Positions 49,721 to 62,302 of a DNA stretch of 64,000 nucleotides are shown in pieces. Both the position numbers and the translations under genes were made by a program. The notes beneath the pieces are model-generated. The model did not search any database. It had not been told where the DNA came from and saw nothing but the letters and a program-made list of their open reading frames with translations. The stretch covers positions 9,158,037 to 9,222,036 of the forward strand of contig NC_057719.1 of assembly GCF_004010195.1 (NCBI RefSeq). Reading direction: 5' to 3'. The number at the start of each line of letters is the position of its first letter. The stretch's first letter is position 1. This DNA is from Chiloscyllium plagiosum. Its lineage: Eukaryota.

Positions 49721-50120
49721 GGGGTTGGAGGAGATTTCAGACACAGGGAGGGACCATGGGGCTGGAGGAATTTGCAGAGACAGGGAGGGATCATGGGCCT
49801 GGAGGAGATTGCAGAGACAGGGAGGGAACATGGGGCTGGAGGTGATTGCAGAGATAGAAAGGGATCATGGGGTTGGAGGGGGTTGCAGTGACAGGGAGGG
49901 ATCATGGGGTTGGAGGAGATTTCAGACACAGGGAGGGACCATGGGGCTGGAGGAGTTTGCAGAGACAGGGAGGGATCATGGGCCTGGAGGAGATTGCAGA
50001 GACAGGGAGGGATCTTGGGATTGGAGGAGGTTTCAGAGACAGGGAGTGATCATGGGGTTGGAGGAGGTTGCAGAGACAGGGAGGGATCATGGGGTTGGAG
50101 GAGGTTGCAAAGATATGGGA
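49721..50120. repeat. 37-bp minisatellite, about 11 copies, abutting the gap
   Basis: Unit agacagggagggatcatggggttggaggagattgcag; cagggagg at 49744, 49781 and 49818. Confidence 0.95.
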
Positions 50121-51020
50121 TGCAGTAAGGAATGGAAGAGGCTTTGGTGACACAGAGGATAGTAATTGCTGGACACAGTCACACAGCTAGAGAGAGGAGT
50201 CACATTTGGATAAGATTGCAGAGACATGAGGATAGAGGGGACTGAAGGAATCTCCTGAATTAAAAAAAAATCATTCATGGGATGAGGACGTCGCTGGCTT
50301 GGCCAGCATTTGTTGTTCATCCCTCAGAACCGTGCCCACACAATACAGGCCAAATTGCTTTTTCTTCCATTCGTCACAGGAGATGCGAGATCATGGTTCT
50401 GGTATTTGCACATACAGAGGACTAGTTTATTTTCCCCAACGCTATTCTTTCTCTTGCATCTCTTCGCCTCGGTAGACACATTGCTGTGGGTCTGGTGTCA
50501 CACGTAGGCCAGACCAGGTAAGGATGGCAGTTTCCTGGTGGGTTTTTCCAACAAGCGACAATGGATTCATAGTCATTATTAGACCCTTAATTCCAGAGTT
50601 TTGCTGAATTTAAATTCCACCATCTGCCGTGGCAGGATTCGTACCCGGTCTCCAGAACATTATCTGTGTCTCTAGATTAGCAGTCCAGGGATAATGCCAG
50701 TAGGCCATGGGCTCCCCAGATAGAGGGAGCTGAAGGACCTTCTGGAACCAGGGAGGGTAGTGGGGACTGGAGGAAGTTGTGAAAGTAGGCAGGGTTGAAA
50801 ACAATGTGGGAATTTTAAAACAGAACATTTGTCAAGCAGGAGAAATAATGTAATTCCTTTCTCAACGTGTTGAACAGCGCAATACTGTCCTTTAGAATCT
50901 TGTCCATGGGAGAGACTGTATCACAATAAAACATCTCAACATCTGATTCTGAAGAACACAGGTATCAGAGGAGGCCTGTTAGTCCTTATAACCTGCTCCA
51001 ACACTCTGCATCCTAACTCT

Positions 51021-51235
51021 GAGACAGTGAGGACTGCAGATGCTGGAGGTCAGAATTGAGAGTATATTGCTGGACAAGCACAGCAGGTCAGGCAGCATCC
51101 AAGGAGCAGGAGAATCGATGTTTCAAGCAAAAGCCCTTCAACAGGAATGGGGGCTCTGGCCCGCAACGTCAATTTTTCTGCTCCTTGGATGCTGCCTGAC
51201 CTGCTGTGCTTTTCCAGCAACACACTCTAACTCCA
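51021..51235. mobile_element. Palindromic PLE-derived element
   Basis: gtgaggactgcagatgctgg..gcatccaaggagcaggag..ctgctccttggatgctgcctgacctgctgtgc. Confidence 0.78.
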
Positions 51236-51444
51236 TCTACTCACCTGCTCCTAGGCTACTTGCCAAAGGGAATTAATTTTTGAAGAAAAATAGTCTCGAG
51301 CTGAAGGTTTCTGATTTCATTTTTACTTCCAGTCATGTTCGGTGGTCATTTTCAAACCTTGTTATTGCAGAATGTAAAGGACAACTCTGAACCTCAGTAT
51401 TGTTTTCCTTTAAACATAGCAAGAAACATTGATGTCACACAACT

Positions 51445-51985
51445 GCCAAGCAGTTCTCTCTTGTTGATTATCCCCAACAAGAGAGAATGTAGTCATCGCC
51501 CTTTAACATTTAATGACATTTCCATCACTGAATCCCACACTGTCAACGTCCTGCGTGGTTCTCATGGATCAGAAATTGAACTAGACTAGCCACACAAATA
51601 TTATGGCTACAGGAGCAGGTCAGGGGCTAGGAATACTGCGACACGTAACTCATTTCGTGACTCCCCAAAGCTTGTCCACCATCTGCAAAGCACAGGTCAA
51701 AGTGTGATAGAATACTCCCCACTTGCCTGGATATGTGCAGATCCATCAGCACTCAAGAAGCTTGACACCATCTACCATCAAAGCAGCCCACTCAATTGTC
51801 ACCACATCCATAAACACCCACTCCTTCCATTACTGATGCTCGGGCAGCAGCACTATGTACCATCTGTAAGATGAGCTGCAGAAAGTCACTCAGGCTTCGA
51901 AGACAGCACCTTCCAAACCTACAAGTTGTACCATCCAGAAGGACAAGGACAACAGATGCATGAGAGCACCAACATCTCCTTCTTC
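51445..51985 (+). mobile_element. Second CR1-group LINE, ORF2 3' fragment
   Basis: Degenerate LTFNDISITES.TVNVL..DQKLN.TSH..MATGAGQ.LGILR.VTH..TPQSLSTI.KAQV..EYSPLAW; distinct from HER1. Confidence 0.75.
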
Positions 51986-52064
51986 CTCTCCAAGTTAGCC
52001 ACTGTGCTGACTGGGAACCAACAAGAAAGTAGAAGTGAACATGAACGGGCAATATTACAGGGAT

Positions 52065-52489
52065 TAGTGTTCCAATGAAGCTCCACGGAAAGCTGAAAGA
52101 ACACCACCTCATTTTCCACTTTGGTGTTTTACAGCATCTGGGATACAATATTGAGTTCCATTACTTCAGACCATGACCGCTGTACTCCATCTTTCTCACA
52201 TGCCCCACCCTTGCCTGGCTATATCTTGTTGGTTTTGCTCTCAGGAGAGAGGCCTCCTTTTTACCACTGAACATTTACACATGCTTTATATCTCCATCTC
52301 TCCTTTGCTTCCATTCAAGGCCCCTTTGTCTTTTGCACCTCACAATCTGTTCCACCTGCTCTTTCACACCCTCTGTCTACAGCAATAAACCACCATTTTC
52401 CAGTTCCATTTAGTTCTGAAGAAGAGGCATACCAAATTTGGAATATTAACTCTGTTTCTCTCTCCACGAGTGCTGCCAGACCTGCTGAG
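52065..52489 (+). mobile_element. PLE 3' end, family B
   Basis: Frameshifted SNEA..KL.EHHLIFHFG.LQHLGYNIEF, then a pyrimidine UTR and a decayed ctgaagaagagg..attaactctg core. Confidence 0.7.
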
Positions 52490-52752
52490 TGGGCGGCATG
52501 GTGGCTCAGCGGGTAGCACTGCTACCTCACAGCACCAGGGACCCGGCTGGATTCCAGCCTCAGGCAACTGTCTGTGTGGAGTTTGCACATTCTCCCCGTG
52601 TCTAAATTGTTCATGGATATATGGGTTAGGTGCATTAGGTAGGAGTAAATGCCGAGTAGTAGAATAGGGGATGGGTCTGGATGGGTTATTCTTCGGAGGG
52701 TCAGTGTGGACTTGTTGGGCCTAATGGCCTGTTTCCACACTGTAGGGATTCT
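52490..52752 (+). mobile_element. HE1 V-SINE
   Basis: Head and tail present, with an internal deletion. Confidence 0.85.
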
Positions 52753-53310
52753 ATAATAAGTGTCTCCAGCATTATTTCAATGGAAGTGAAGGTTCTACTG
52801 AACCAGATATGATGCGAAACAGCAATATCTTTTGAACTGCATTGAAAAATGGGAAATGATTCTGAGGGTTTCCATTTTTCACTTATCAGGACTGATGCAA
52901 GAATGCCAAATTCTGAATGTTTACAAGAATTTATACTCTGGGAGACCCTGTTGTACAAGTCGTTGCGATCATTTGAAATTTGGTGTCCTTGTATTTGTCC
53001 AAATGAATGCAACATGAAAAGTTTTGGCACCATTTCTGTCTTTTCAACAATGCACAACATCTGCACTATCAAGTGACTAATAAATTTCTTAGAATGCGTT
53101 TGGCCTCTCATAACCCCATATGCATTACAGAGAATTTGTACATATTGCAACTCCTTAAAAGCCATTTCCAAGCCATTGCATAGATTACAAATGAAAATAA
53201 AATGCATTTGCTTCCTCACGTTGAATATTATTTTGATTTCAATTAATTCTGAAATGAGCAACCAGACTATCGCCGCAGCAAACTACCTTCGGCTCCAATA
53301 GGTCTTTTTT

Positions 53311-53324
53311 GTTGCCATAGCAAC
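53311..53324. promoter_or_regulatory. RFX X-box motif
   Basis: GTTGCCATAGCAAC matches the near-palindromic RFX consensus GTTNCCATRGNAAC and lies in unique sequence. Confidence 0.6.
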
Positions 53325-54677
53325 GGGTTATCATTGTCATGGCTACCCAGTGCCACATGTAATTGTCTGAATGTGAGCTGCACTGATAATCCAGAGTCAA
53401 TAGGAACAAAGTGAACTTTCTTTCTCATTTTTTTTTAAAAAACTTGGGAACTTAATGCATTGACTCAAAAGGTCATTGCATTATGGGGTCAGGATGCTTC
53501 ATAGGCCAAGCAATTACTTAAATTGTTTTAAACCATATTTGCCATGATCAAGTGATGTTCAAATTCTCTCGGCTGAATAATGGAATTCAATTTTCATTCC
53601 CACTCTGCTCAGTTGTCCTTTTTCACTTTCTTTGCTAATGTTTGAGCTGGCTGGCTAATATCAGGCATTTTACGTCCCAGTTGCTCACTGCAGACTGCAA
53701 CTCCAGCTGCCTGGACCTGAAACTCTGGAATTCCCTTCCCTATCTCTTTACCTCACCCATCTCCTTCAAAATGCTACTTCAGTCTTACGCAGCTCAGAGT
53801 CAAATCTTGCCCTGGGAACTGCCGTGGGATATTACACAATGCTAAGTGTGCCATATGCGTCCAAGTTGTTGTTACATTTGCTGTTCTGGGCTTTTTATCC
53901 GGGAAACATTGAGGTTCTTGGACACGATTTGTCCCTCTCCAATGTCTCTGAAATCCATTCTCCTTTACATCTGCTCAAAACCAACAGCCTTGCATTCTTA
54001 ATGCAGTAATCCTGAGAGTGGCGAGCTCTGTATTTGGTTGTACGCACTAAGTGAGTATGTCGAACAACATTTGCACATTTTTATGTGTATGCTTATTTTC
54101 TGTTGTAATATTGCGAAGTGGAATTTGTGTGTGATTCATAATATATCTACTGTCAATCAGGAACACAAAAAAACATTTCACTTCTGGACCAAGAAGTACA
54201 GGCAGAATCTGATCCAATTTATTTGCAAATTATTAATTTTCTCAGTACATTAAAGCTGAACTTTCTGACCTTAATCAGTCTTCCCCACCACCTATTTAAC
54301 CTACTGCTTGTATATATATTTCACCTTCACCATTCTTTTTAATCCGAAACATGCCCTGTAGGTTAAGACTGTCCTTTTTCAGCTCAATTCCAGAGTTAAA
54401 AACTAACATCGAAGTGCACAATAATACATACACAACCTAAACCATGTGTCATACACTCTGATCCCAGTTGGAAGGCCATGGGATCAAGACGCATTGCAAA
54501 GATTTGGGCACACTAATCTCGGCTGACACTCCAATGCAATGGTAAACAAATGTCAAACTGTTGGAAACACTATCTTATAGATGTCTCTTTAAGGTCCTAT
54601 TCCCCACCCCACCCCACTTCTTTGTGTTATTTTGAAGAAATACTGAGAGTTTTAACCCAGTGTCTTTGGGCCACACA

Positions 54678-55450
54678 GTCATAGAGTCAGACAGATGTAC
54701 AGCATGGAAACAGACCCTTCGGTCCAACTCGTCCATGCCAACCAGATACCCCAACCCAATCTAGTCCCACCTGTCAGGACCTGGCCCATATCCCTCCAAA
54801 CCCTTCCTATTCATATACCCATCCAAATGCCTCTTAAATGTTGCAATTGTACCAGCCTCCATCGCTTCTTCTGGCAGCTCATTCCATGCATGCACCACCC
54901 TCTGTGTGAAAAAGTTACCCCTTGTCTCTTTTATATCTTTCCTCTCTCACCCTAATTCCTGATTATCACCCTAATTCTCTCTCATTCCTGAAAAGGGCTC
55001 ATGCCCGAAACGTCAATTCTCCTGTTCCTTGGATGCTGCCTGACCTGCTATGCTTTTCCAGCAACACATTTTTAGCTCTCTCACCCTAAACCCATGCCAG
55101 CTAGTTCTGGACTCGCCCATCCCAGGGAAAAGACTTTGTCTATTTTTCCTATCCATTCCCCTCATAATTTTGTAAACCTCTATAAGGTCACCCCTCAGCC
55201 TCTGACACTCCTGAGAAAATAGTCCCAGCCTGTTCAGCCTCTCCCCATAGCTCAAATCCTCCAACCCTGGCAACATCCTTGTAAATCTTTTCTGAATCCT
55301 TTCAAGTTTTGCAACACCTTTCCTCGAGGAAGGATACCAGAATTGCATACAAAATTCCAACAGTGGCCTAACCAATGTCCTGCACAGCCGCAACATGACC
55401 TCCCAACTCCTGTACGCAATACTCTGACCAATAAAGGAAAGCATACCGGC
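54678..55450 (-). mobile_element. CR1 3' end with a PLE-terminus insertion (54956-55075)
   Basis: LVRPLLEFCMQFW..RLRGDLIEVYKIMRG; 14-bp TSD ctctctcaccctaa at 54942-54955 and 55076-55089. Confidence 0.9.
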
Positions 55451-55593
55451 CAATTTTAATCCATCAACCAACAGCATGAAACAGAATTGTTCTAGAAGGT
55501 AAAAAAGCAGAACTAATATTTCAGGTCCAGTGACCTTACTTCTGAACATAATTTCCATTTTTGTTTCCAATTTCCAGCAACCGCAATTATTGG

Positions 55594-55948
55594 GTCATAG
55601 AGATATGCAGCACGGAAAAAGGTCCTTCGATCCAACTCGTCTGTGCTGATCAGTCCCATTTGCCAGCATTTGGCCCATATCCCTCTAAACCCTATCTATT
55701 CATATATCTATCCAGATGCCTTTTAAATGTTGTAATTGTACCAGCCTCCACCATTTCTTCTGGCAGCTCATTACAGACATGCAGCACTCTCCTCATGAAA
55801 ATGTTGCCCCTTAGCTCCCTTTTAAGTCTTTTCCCTCTCACCTTAAACCTATGCCCTCTAGTTCAGCTCGTCCCCACCGCAGGGAAAACACCTTGTCTAT
55901 TTACCCCTATCCACGCCCCTTATGATTTTATGAACCTTTGTAAGGTCA
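55594..55948 (-). mobile_element. CR1 3' end
   Basis: Reverse complement matches the 15935 family, including the gtcatagaga tail. Confidence 0.85.
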
Positions 55949-56409
55949 ATTCTCTTCTCTGGGTTTGTGTTTGTTCTGTAATGTCATGGATCTGGAGGGG
56001 TTAACTTTATATTCCATCGATTCCATCAGTTCTGCTGGGGTTGCATACAGTCATGGGTGGAGACATGAGTTCTACTCTAGATTTTGGAGGGAGCAGATGT
56101 ATCTGCAACAGCTCCCTAAGGTCCGAGTCATTGTGGCAGTGCAAATGTAATTGCATTTGTTGCTATCATGTACAATAAATGTTGTTATTTAAGAACAGTG
56201 ACTTTTCTGTCGATATAGTACTGTGGTGTTGCCTTCAGTAGTAGTTACGAGATAGGTTCAGCAAAGTGGAACTGGGGAGGTCTGTTGTTATTGTTATTAT
56301 TGCTGGAGTATGAGCTTTGAGACTCCATAATGTTCTGGGGGCCTGGGTTCAAATCCTGTCATGGAGTTTGCATTCAAGTATATTTTTAAAAAAAAACTAA
56401 TTCTTTGGT

Positions 56410-56680
56410 TCTACTCAACATGCTGACCAGATATCCTAAATTAAACTAGTCCCATTTGCCAGCACTTGGCCCATATCCCTCTAAACCCTTTCTATTCATA
56501 TACTCATCCAGATGTCCCTTAAATGTTGTAAATGTCCCAGCCTCCACCACTTCCTCTGGTAGGTCATTCCACACATGCACCACCCTCTGGTGAAAAAGTT
56601 GTCCCTTTTATATCCTTCCCCTCTCACCCTAAACCTATGCCCTCTAGTTCTGGGCTCCCCCACCCTGGGGAAAAGACTTT
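56410..56680 (-). mobile_element. CR1 3' end
   Basis: Same family as the previous entry. Confidence 0.85.
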
Positions 56681-56689
56681 ATTATGAAT

Positions 56690-56839
56690 AAATTGCGTAT
56701 TGATTAACATCAAGTAGTTTGACTAACCAAATTGCATCCGGAACACAACACCTTATGCCTACCTTTAAAATAAGAAAATGTTAAGGTCCAGGCTATCTTC
56801 TTAGTATATTTTGAGGGGGGTTTGGTCTGGTCCGTAACA
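56690..56839 (-). mobile_element. Possible LTR 5' fragment
   Basis: Minus strand begins TGTTACGGACCAGACCAAACCCC; the other end is not visible. Confidence 0.4.
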
Positions 56840-56901
56840 GCAGTCACCAGGAGTGTGAGTTGATTAAAATACAAGAGCAAGCCAGGTGAAGAGATGGTGA
56901 G

Positions 56902-57116
56902 TCGAGAGTGTGGTGCTGGAAAAGCACAGCAGGTAAGGCAGCATCCAATAAGCAGCAGAATTGGTACTTCAGACACGAATCCTTCATCCTGATGAAGGGC
57001 TTATGCCCGAAACATCGATTGTCCATCTCCTCGGAGGCTGCCTGACCTGCTGTGATTTTCCCACACCACACACTTGACTCTGATCTCCAGCATCTGCAGT
57101 CCTCACTTTCTCCTCC
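56902..57116. mobile_element. Palindromic PLE-derived element
   Basis: atc-CTGATGA-A-GGGC-TTAT-GCCC-GAAAC-ATC-gat; flanks gaagagatggtgag / gaagagctgatgag (12/14). Confidence 0.82.
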
Positions 57117-58072
57117 GAAGAGCTGATGAGGGCAGGTGACCAGGAGCTTTTTGTTTCATTCTCTCACAAGAGGTGGTCATTGCTCACTGAGGGAGCAGTT
57201 ATTGTCTGTCCCTATTTGCCTTTGAGAAGGCGGTAGTGACCCAAGATTGGCTGTTCCAAGAGATTGGCTTTAAGAGCTTCTTGAAGAAGTATGGAAGAGT
57301 TCAGGGAAGGGGAATTTTTGGGGAGAAGTGGGAATCCCAATTCAAGCATCCATAGAACCAGTCGCCAACCAAGAAGGGATCGGACTCAGGGAAGCATAAG
57401 GGACCAGGGTTGACAGAATGCAGACATCCCAGGTGTTGTAGGACAGGGATGACATTACAAAGATGGGGAGGAGGTGACGCCATTTTATCACCAAGTAGGG
57501 ACTTTTATTAACCAAGCAGAGAGCCTGAGCAGGTACCATTGTCCTTGTCCTAAGACTGAAACGGTTGCCTCTGCTTTCTATTTTATAGCCCTTTTGACAC
57601 ACACTCACTGCCAGCTGCTGCAAGGGGAGGGGGGAAGATTGTGAATTTCCTCTGTGTCACAGACAGGGAAGTTTTGCTTGAGCGCTGACCAACAGTGCAA
57701 TCCATCACCATCACTGTAAAACATCTTAAACTTTGTCCATCCCCCCAAGACGTTCTGCTGTACCAGAGGAAAAATAAATAACTGTGGGATGTCAAAACCT
57801 GCCAGAAGCTTTGATGCAATTCAGAACTCCAGGGATGTCAAATGTAATCACACGTTCATCTTTTAATATCTCTCGCTGAATTCTGACTAGGTTCACTGAC
57901 AATGAGAAAGCAAACTTCTCTTTTCCTTCTTCATTACATTGCCTCTCACAATTCCCAGAGGTAAAACTAAAACAACACACTTGGAAATGAATGCACTGTT
58001 CTGGAGACTGGTCTGAAAACAAATCGGACCAGCGTGCATCCTCTATAACTTTTGCTGGTTTTATTTCCTGGG

Positions 58073-58334
58073 TTAGATTAGATTCCCTACAGTGTGGAAA
58101 CAGGCCCTTCGGCCCAACAAGTCCACACCGACCCTCCAAAGACTGACCCACCCAGACCCATTTCCCTCTGACTAATGCACCTAACACTACGGGCAATTTA
58201 ACACGGCCAATTCACCTGACCGGCACATCTTTGGACTGTGGGAGAAAACCAGAGCAAACCCACACTGACACGGGGAGAACGTGCAAACTCCACACACATA
58301 CACAGCTGCTAATCACTGAGCCACTGTGCCACCC
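58073..58334 (-). mobile_element. HE1 V-SINE
   Basis: Tail and V-domain; head partly deleted. Confidence 0.88.
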
Positions 58335-58656
58335 CAAAGTTCTCAAAGGCACGAAAGAGCTTCCAAAAAACAATTAGAAGCTGCCTCTTCTCTGCCATTT
58401 GGTTTCTTCTGCCACAAGACAAACTCCGAGGGAAACAAGAATAGAATCCTACAGCACGGAGACAGGCCCTTTGGCCCAAACTGGTCCATGCCGACCAAAA
58501 TGTCCATCCATGCTAACTCCATCTCCCCGCACCTGGCCCATATCCTTCTTAAGCACCTTTTTAAAATGTGGTGAGTTTTTGTGCACTGCCTGAAAAGATT
58601 GTGGAGACAGATTCAGTAGTAATTTTCAGATGTGAATAGACATTGTAAAGGGAAGC

Positions 58657-58838
58657 TAGGGTAGATAAGCAGGAGGCTGGAAGAACACAGCAAGCCAGGC
58701 AGCATCAGGAAGGTGGAGAAGTCAACGTTTTCGGGTGTAACCCTTCTTCAGTCCTCCTGACGCTGCCTGGCTTGCTGTGTTCTTCCAGCCTCCTGCTTGT
58801 CTACCTTGGATTCCAGCATCTGCCATTTTTTTTTATCT
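58657..58838. mobile_element. Palindromic PLE-derived element (divergent family)
   Basis: Arms aagcaggaggctggaagaacacagcaagccaggcagc and the reverse complement; minus strand CTGAAGA-A-GGGT-TAC-ACCC-GAAAaC-GTT. Confidence 0.8.
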
Positions 58839-59932
58839 CTGTAAACGAGAGCTGACAGGGCTATGGGAGAAAGAGTGAGAGATTTAGCCTCATTGGGAAC
58901 CCTCCCGTGAGGTGGCATATGCATGATAGGACATATCTCCTGTCATGTATGTGTGTTGAGTTGATGCAGTTTTCCTCTTTAATTCACACTAAAACATCAC
59001 GTTACATCATCCTTTCCATACCCTGAGTGGGCTCCTCACAAGGGGCTCGGGTTTCAGCCTTCCTCAATCATGACACTCGGAAGTCACTACATTAGGAGAT
59101 TTCCACTATCTATGCATCCCATTTCCACCCCTCTCGCCTTTGTGATCATCTAAGGGCAACTAGAGACAGGCAAGAAATGCTGGCCCATCTTTCACGAGCT
59201 ACAATCAGTTTTGAAGAAGGGTCACTGGTATCAAACGTTAATCATGTTTCTTTTCACAATTGCTGACAGACCTGCAGAATTTCTCCAGCAATTTCTGCAT
59301 TTGTTTTAGATCTTCATTCATTCATATTTCATTGTCTTACTTCGATCTTTCATCCAGATCTCTATGCTCTATTTCATAAACCCGTTCAAAGCCAAGCCTT
59401 ACTTGCCTCTCATCACTGTCTGGTCTTCATTTTAATTCTTGCATCGCTGCATTTTCTGCCCCAGTTCTGATCCTTTTCTGTGGATAGAAAATAGATACAC
59501 AGGGCCCTTCCAGTAACGAACCTGGTGCAGTAGTAACAGCAAGGATAATACAGGGTTACCAAAGCAACCACGTCCTTCCCGAGACACATGTCCACTATTC
59601 CTTTCATAGATCTGCTGACAGATGTTCAGGCTTTGTTAGTAGCATTGTTGGGACATAATTTTATTTGTTTCATTTTCGAATAACTCATCACTTACAATAT
59701 CAGTGTGAAAAAGGTGCAAAACTGCTGATTTCACAAATTGTTATGACAACCTTGAGTAGTTAGGAGTGCAGTTTACCTGTGAGAGCTGAAAAGGGAATCT
59801 TTCCTGCTTACATCCCTCAAAGGTTTTTGAAAGCCCTTCACGGCAAATGAGTAATTTTGAAATTTCTGCCAATAGTTGGACAAGTATAGCAGCCACTTTG
59901 TTTACGATGATGCATCACTAATTAGAAACACA

Positions 59933-60437
59933 TAAATCATAGAATCCCTACACTGGGGAAGCAGTTCATTTGGCCCATCGCATCCATTCTGACCCTCTGT
60001 ACAGCACCCCATCCAGACCCTAACCCTGTAACCCTGCATTCCCCATGGCTAATCCACCTTGCCTGAAAATCGCTAGACACTATGGGCAATTTAGCATAGG
60101 CAAACCACCTAACCTGCTCATTTATTTATTGATGGGATGGTTTGAAAGTGGAATTCTATACAGGAAACAGGGAGAGAAGACCATAAACCATGAGACATAG
60201 GAGCAGAAATTAGGCCATTCAGCTCTTTGACTCTGCTCTGCCATTCCATCATGGCTGATAAGTTTCTCAACCCCATTCTCCCTGTAACCTTTGATCCCCT
60301 TGATATTCAAAAACATACCTATTTCAGTCTTAAATATGATTAGATTAGATTCCCTACAGTGTGGAAACAGGCCCTTCAGTCCAACACGTCCACCACCGAC
60401 TCTCCAAAAAGTAACCTACCCAGACCCATTTCCCTCC
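59933..60437 (-). mobile_element. Cluster of an HE1 tail (59933-60118), a CR1 3'UTR (60180-60338) and an HE1 tail (60338-60437)
   Basis: Matches to copies elsewhere in the window. Confidence 0.75.
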
Positions 60438-62302
60438 AACGAATACGACCACACAAAGGGAGGAGAGTTTCCTTCCCTCAAGAATGTTGGAGAATCCCAG
60501 ATGGATTTTCACAACATTCAGCAAACTATCCTGGTTGCAATTCCCAAAATATTGCACAATTAATGTACTGAAATTCCACCAACAGCTACAGTGGGATTCA
60601 AAGCCACGCACCAGAGCATTGGTTCAGGCCGTTGACATGGCAACATTACCCAGAGGGCCACTGCCTCTCCTACAAAGCTCCAAGGAATACAGGCCCAACC
60701 TATTCTCATAAGACAAACCCCTCATCCCAGGAATTGGCTGACGGTACCGAGAGAGGCAGAGACTGAGTTGGGAAGAAGGTGAAAGGGAACTTTGAGGCAG
60801 TAGACTGAGGTTCGATGTTGTTCCCGCCTGCTGAGGTCTAAGGCCTGAAGGATAATGCGGTGGTGATTCGAGTAAAGCCTCACTGCACCAGAACGTAATT
60901 AAGAAGTAAATCATTGAAAATAATTAGAAGGAATTCTGTGCAATAATTGAAAAGGATTCAAACAGTCAATCCGACAAAATCCCTGGGAGTGGAGTATGTT
61001 TTCCGGAGCTGGCACTTTTACAGCCATTTTAATTTAAGCCAATGCACCAGTAATAACTTTGAAATCTAATTTATAAAACAATGATGCAGGGTCCCAATAA
61101 ATTCTCTTATCAGAGTCACGGCCCATGAGACAGGGCTAGAAATTGAGCCCGCATAAAGAAGATTAGAGACAGAGCCACCCATTAACGACAGCTGGAATAA
61201 CAACCAAGTCCAAAGGACAAAGCAGGAAGGCAGCTCCAAGTCTGGATCTATGGGGCATGCAGTAAAAAGCAGGTGAAGGATCAGAAACAAAAACCTGGAA
61301 CTAGTGAAAGCGGAATATTCAGTGGATATAAGGGACGGCAGGGAAGACTGAATATTGATATAAGATATTGGTGAGAAACAGCTTGAATATGACAGACCAC
61401 TCAGAAAGTACTGCTCCCAGCACTAGCTGTAGTACCAGCCAAAATCAATCAGAGGTAGGTCAGTAACTGGACAAGACAAAGGTAAAATGCAAGCCAAGAC
61501 ACTTTAATTAATAAACGCATAAACCCATTTGTTAATCAACATAACATCACCCATGTTCCGCATCATATAAAATGATATCCTTGCCAGCAATAAATCAAAA
61601 TGACTGCACAGCTGACTGGTAACCTTTGACTTCTGTAATAACCAAGCTTGTGTTGTACCTTCTACACTGGGATGGAATGGTGGAGCCTGTGCACCGTAAT
61701 AATTATTCTTTCATTATTTTTTTGTACACAGTGCCTGGTCAGAACAATGAACGACTTCAGTGCTAAATTACCCCGAGCTAATATGAGCTACCGAAATGTG
61801 TGTTCAGTCTAGGGTATCAGAGTCTGCAGTGAGTGAACTATTACAGCTCATGGGCCAATGACATTCAAAAAAAGACAAGATCGTTGCAGGGATATCATCA
61901 GGGAATTGGGAGAATTGTTTGTTTAAATCAGGCAAATGGTTGCAATCTGCTTCCTGTTTTTTTCTCACTTGCTGCACTGTGGGCACTGGCCTGTACTGGA
62001 CAATGATTGCCCTTCTCACAGGCACTTCTCTCTGGTGAGATCTCATTCCTCTCTGCTTTGAGAAAATTCCACGCTAATCATTCCTTGGAGTGCGACAACA
62101 ATGTCTATAGATTGTGCTTCACTCACATACTCGTACTTAAGAGCTTTCCCTTCAGGCATCATTCCTCTCTTGAATTTCCAGGATATTGGATGTCTTCACT
62201 TGCACTCTTAGAAAGAATACTTTCTTCCTGAGCGGGTACCGCTCCAAATCCCAAACGTATCTCTCAATTGCCCTTAACTTAGAGTCAGACTTTCTGCAAT
62301 TC

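Noticed and set aside
49721..50120. CRISPR-like array
   Set aside because: Contiguous tandem units with no unique spacers, in eukaryotic context.
49199..50153. Several long overlapping ORFs
   Set aside because: They arise from the stop-poor 37-bp minisatellite and the N gap.
52701..53261. 186-aa ORF as an exon
   Set aside because: No recognisable domain, AT-rich non-coding-like composition, and it ends in an HE1 tail.
55013..55570. 185-aa ORF
   Set aside because: CR1 ORF2 remnant flanked by PLE-terminal sequence.
61140..61290. Purine-rich open frame as a coding exon
   Set aside because: Short, with no recognisable protein similarity and no convincing splice context.
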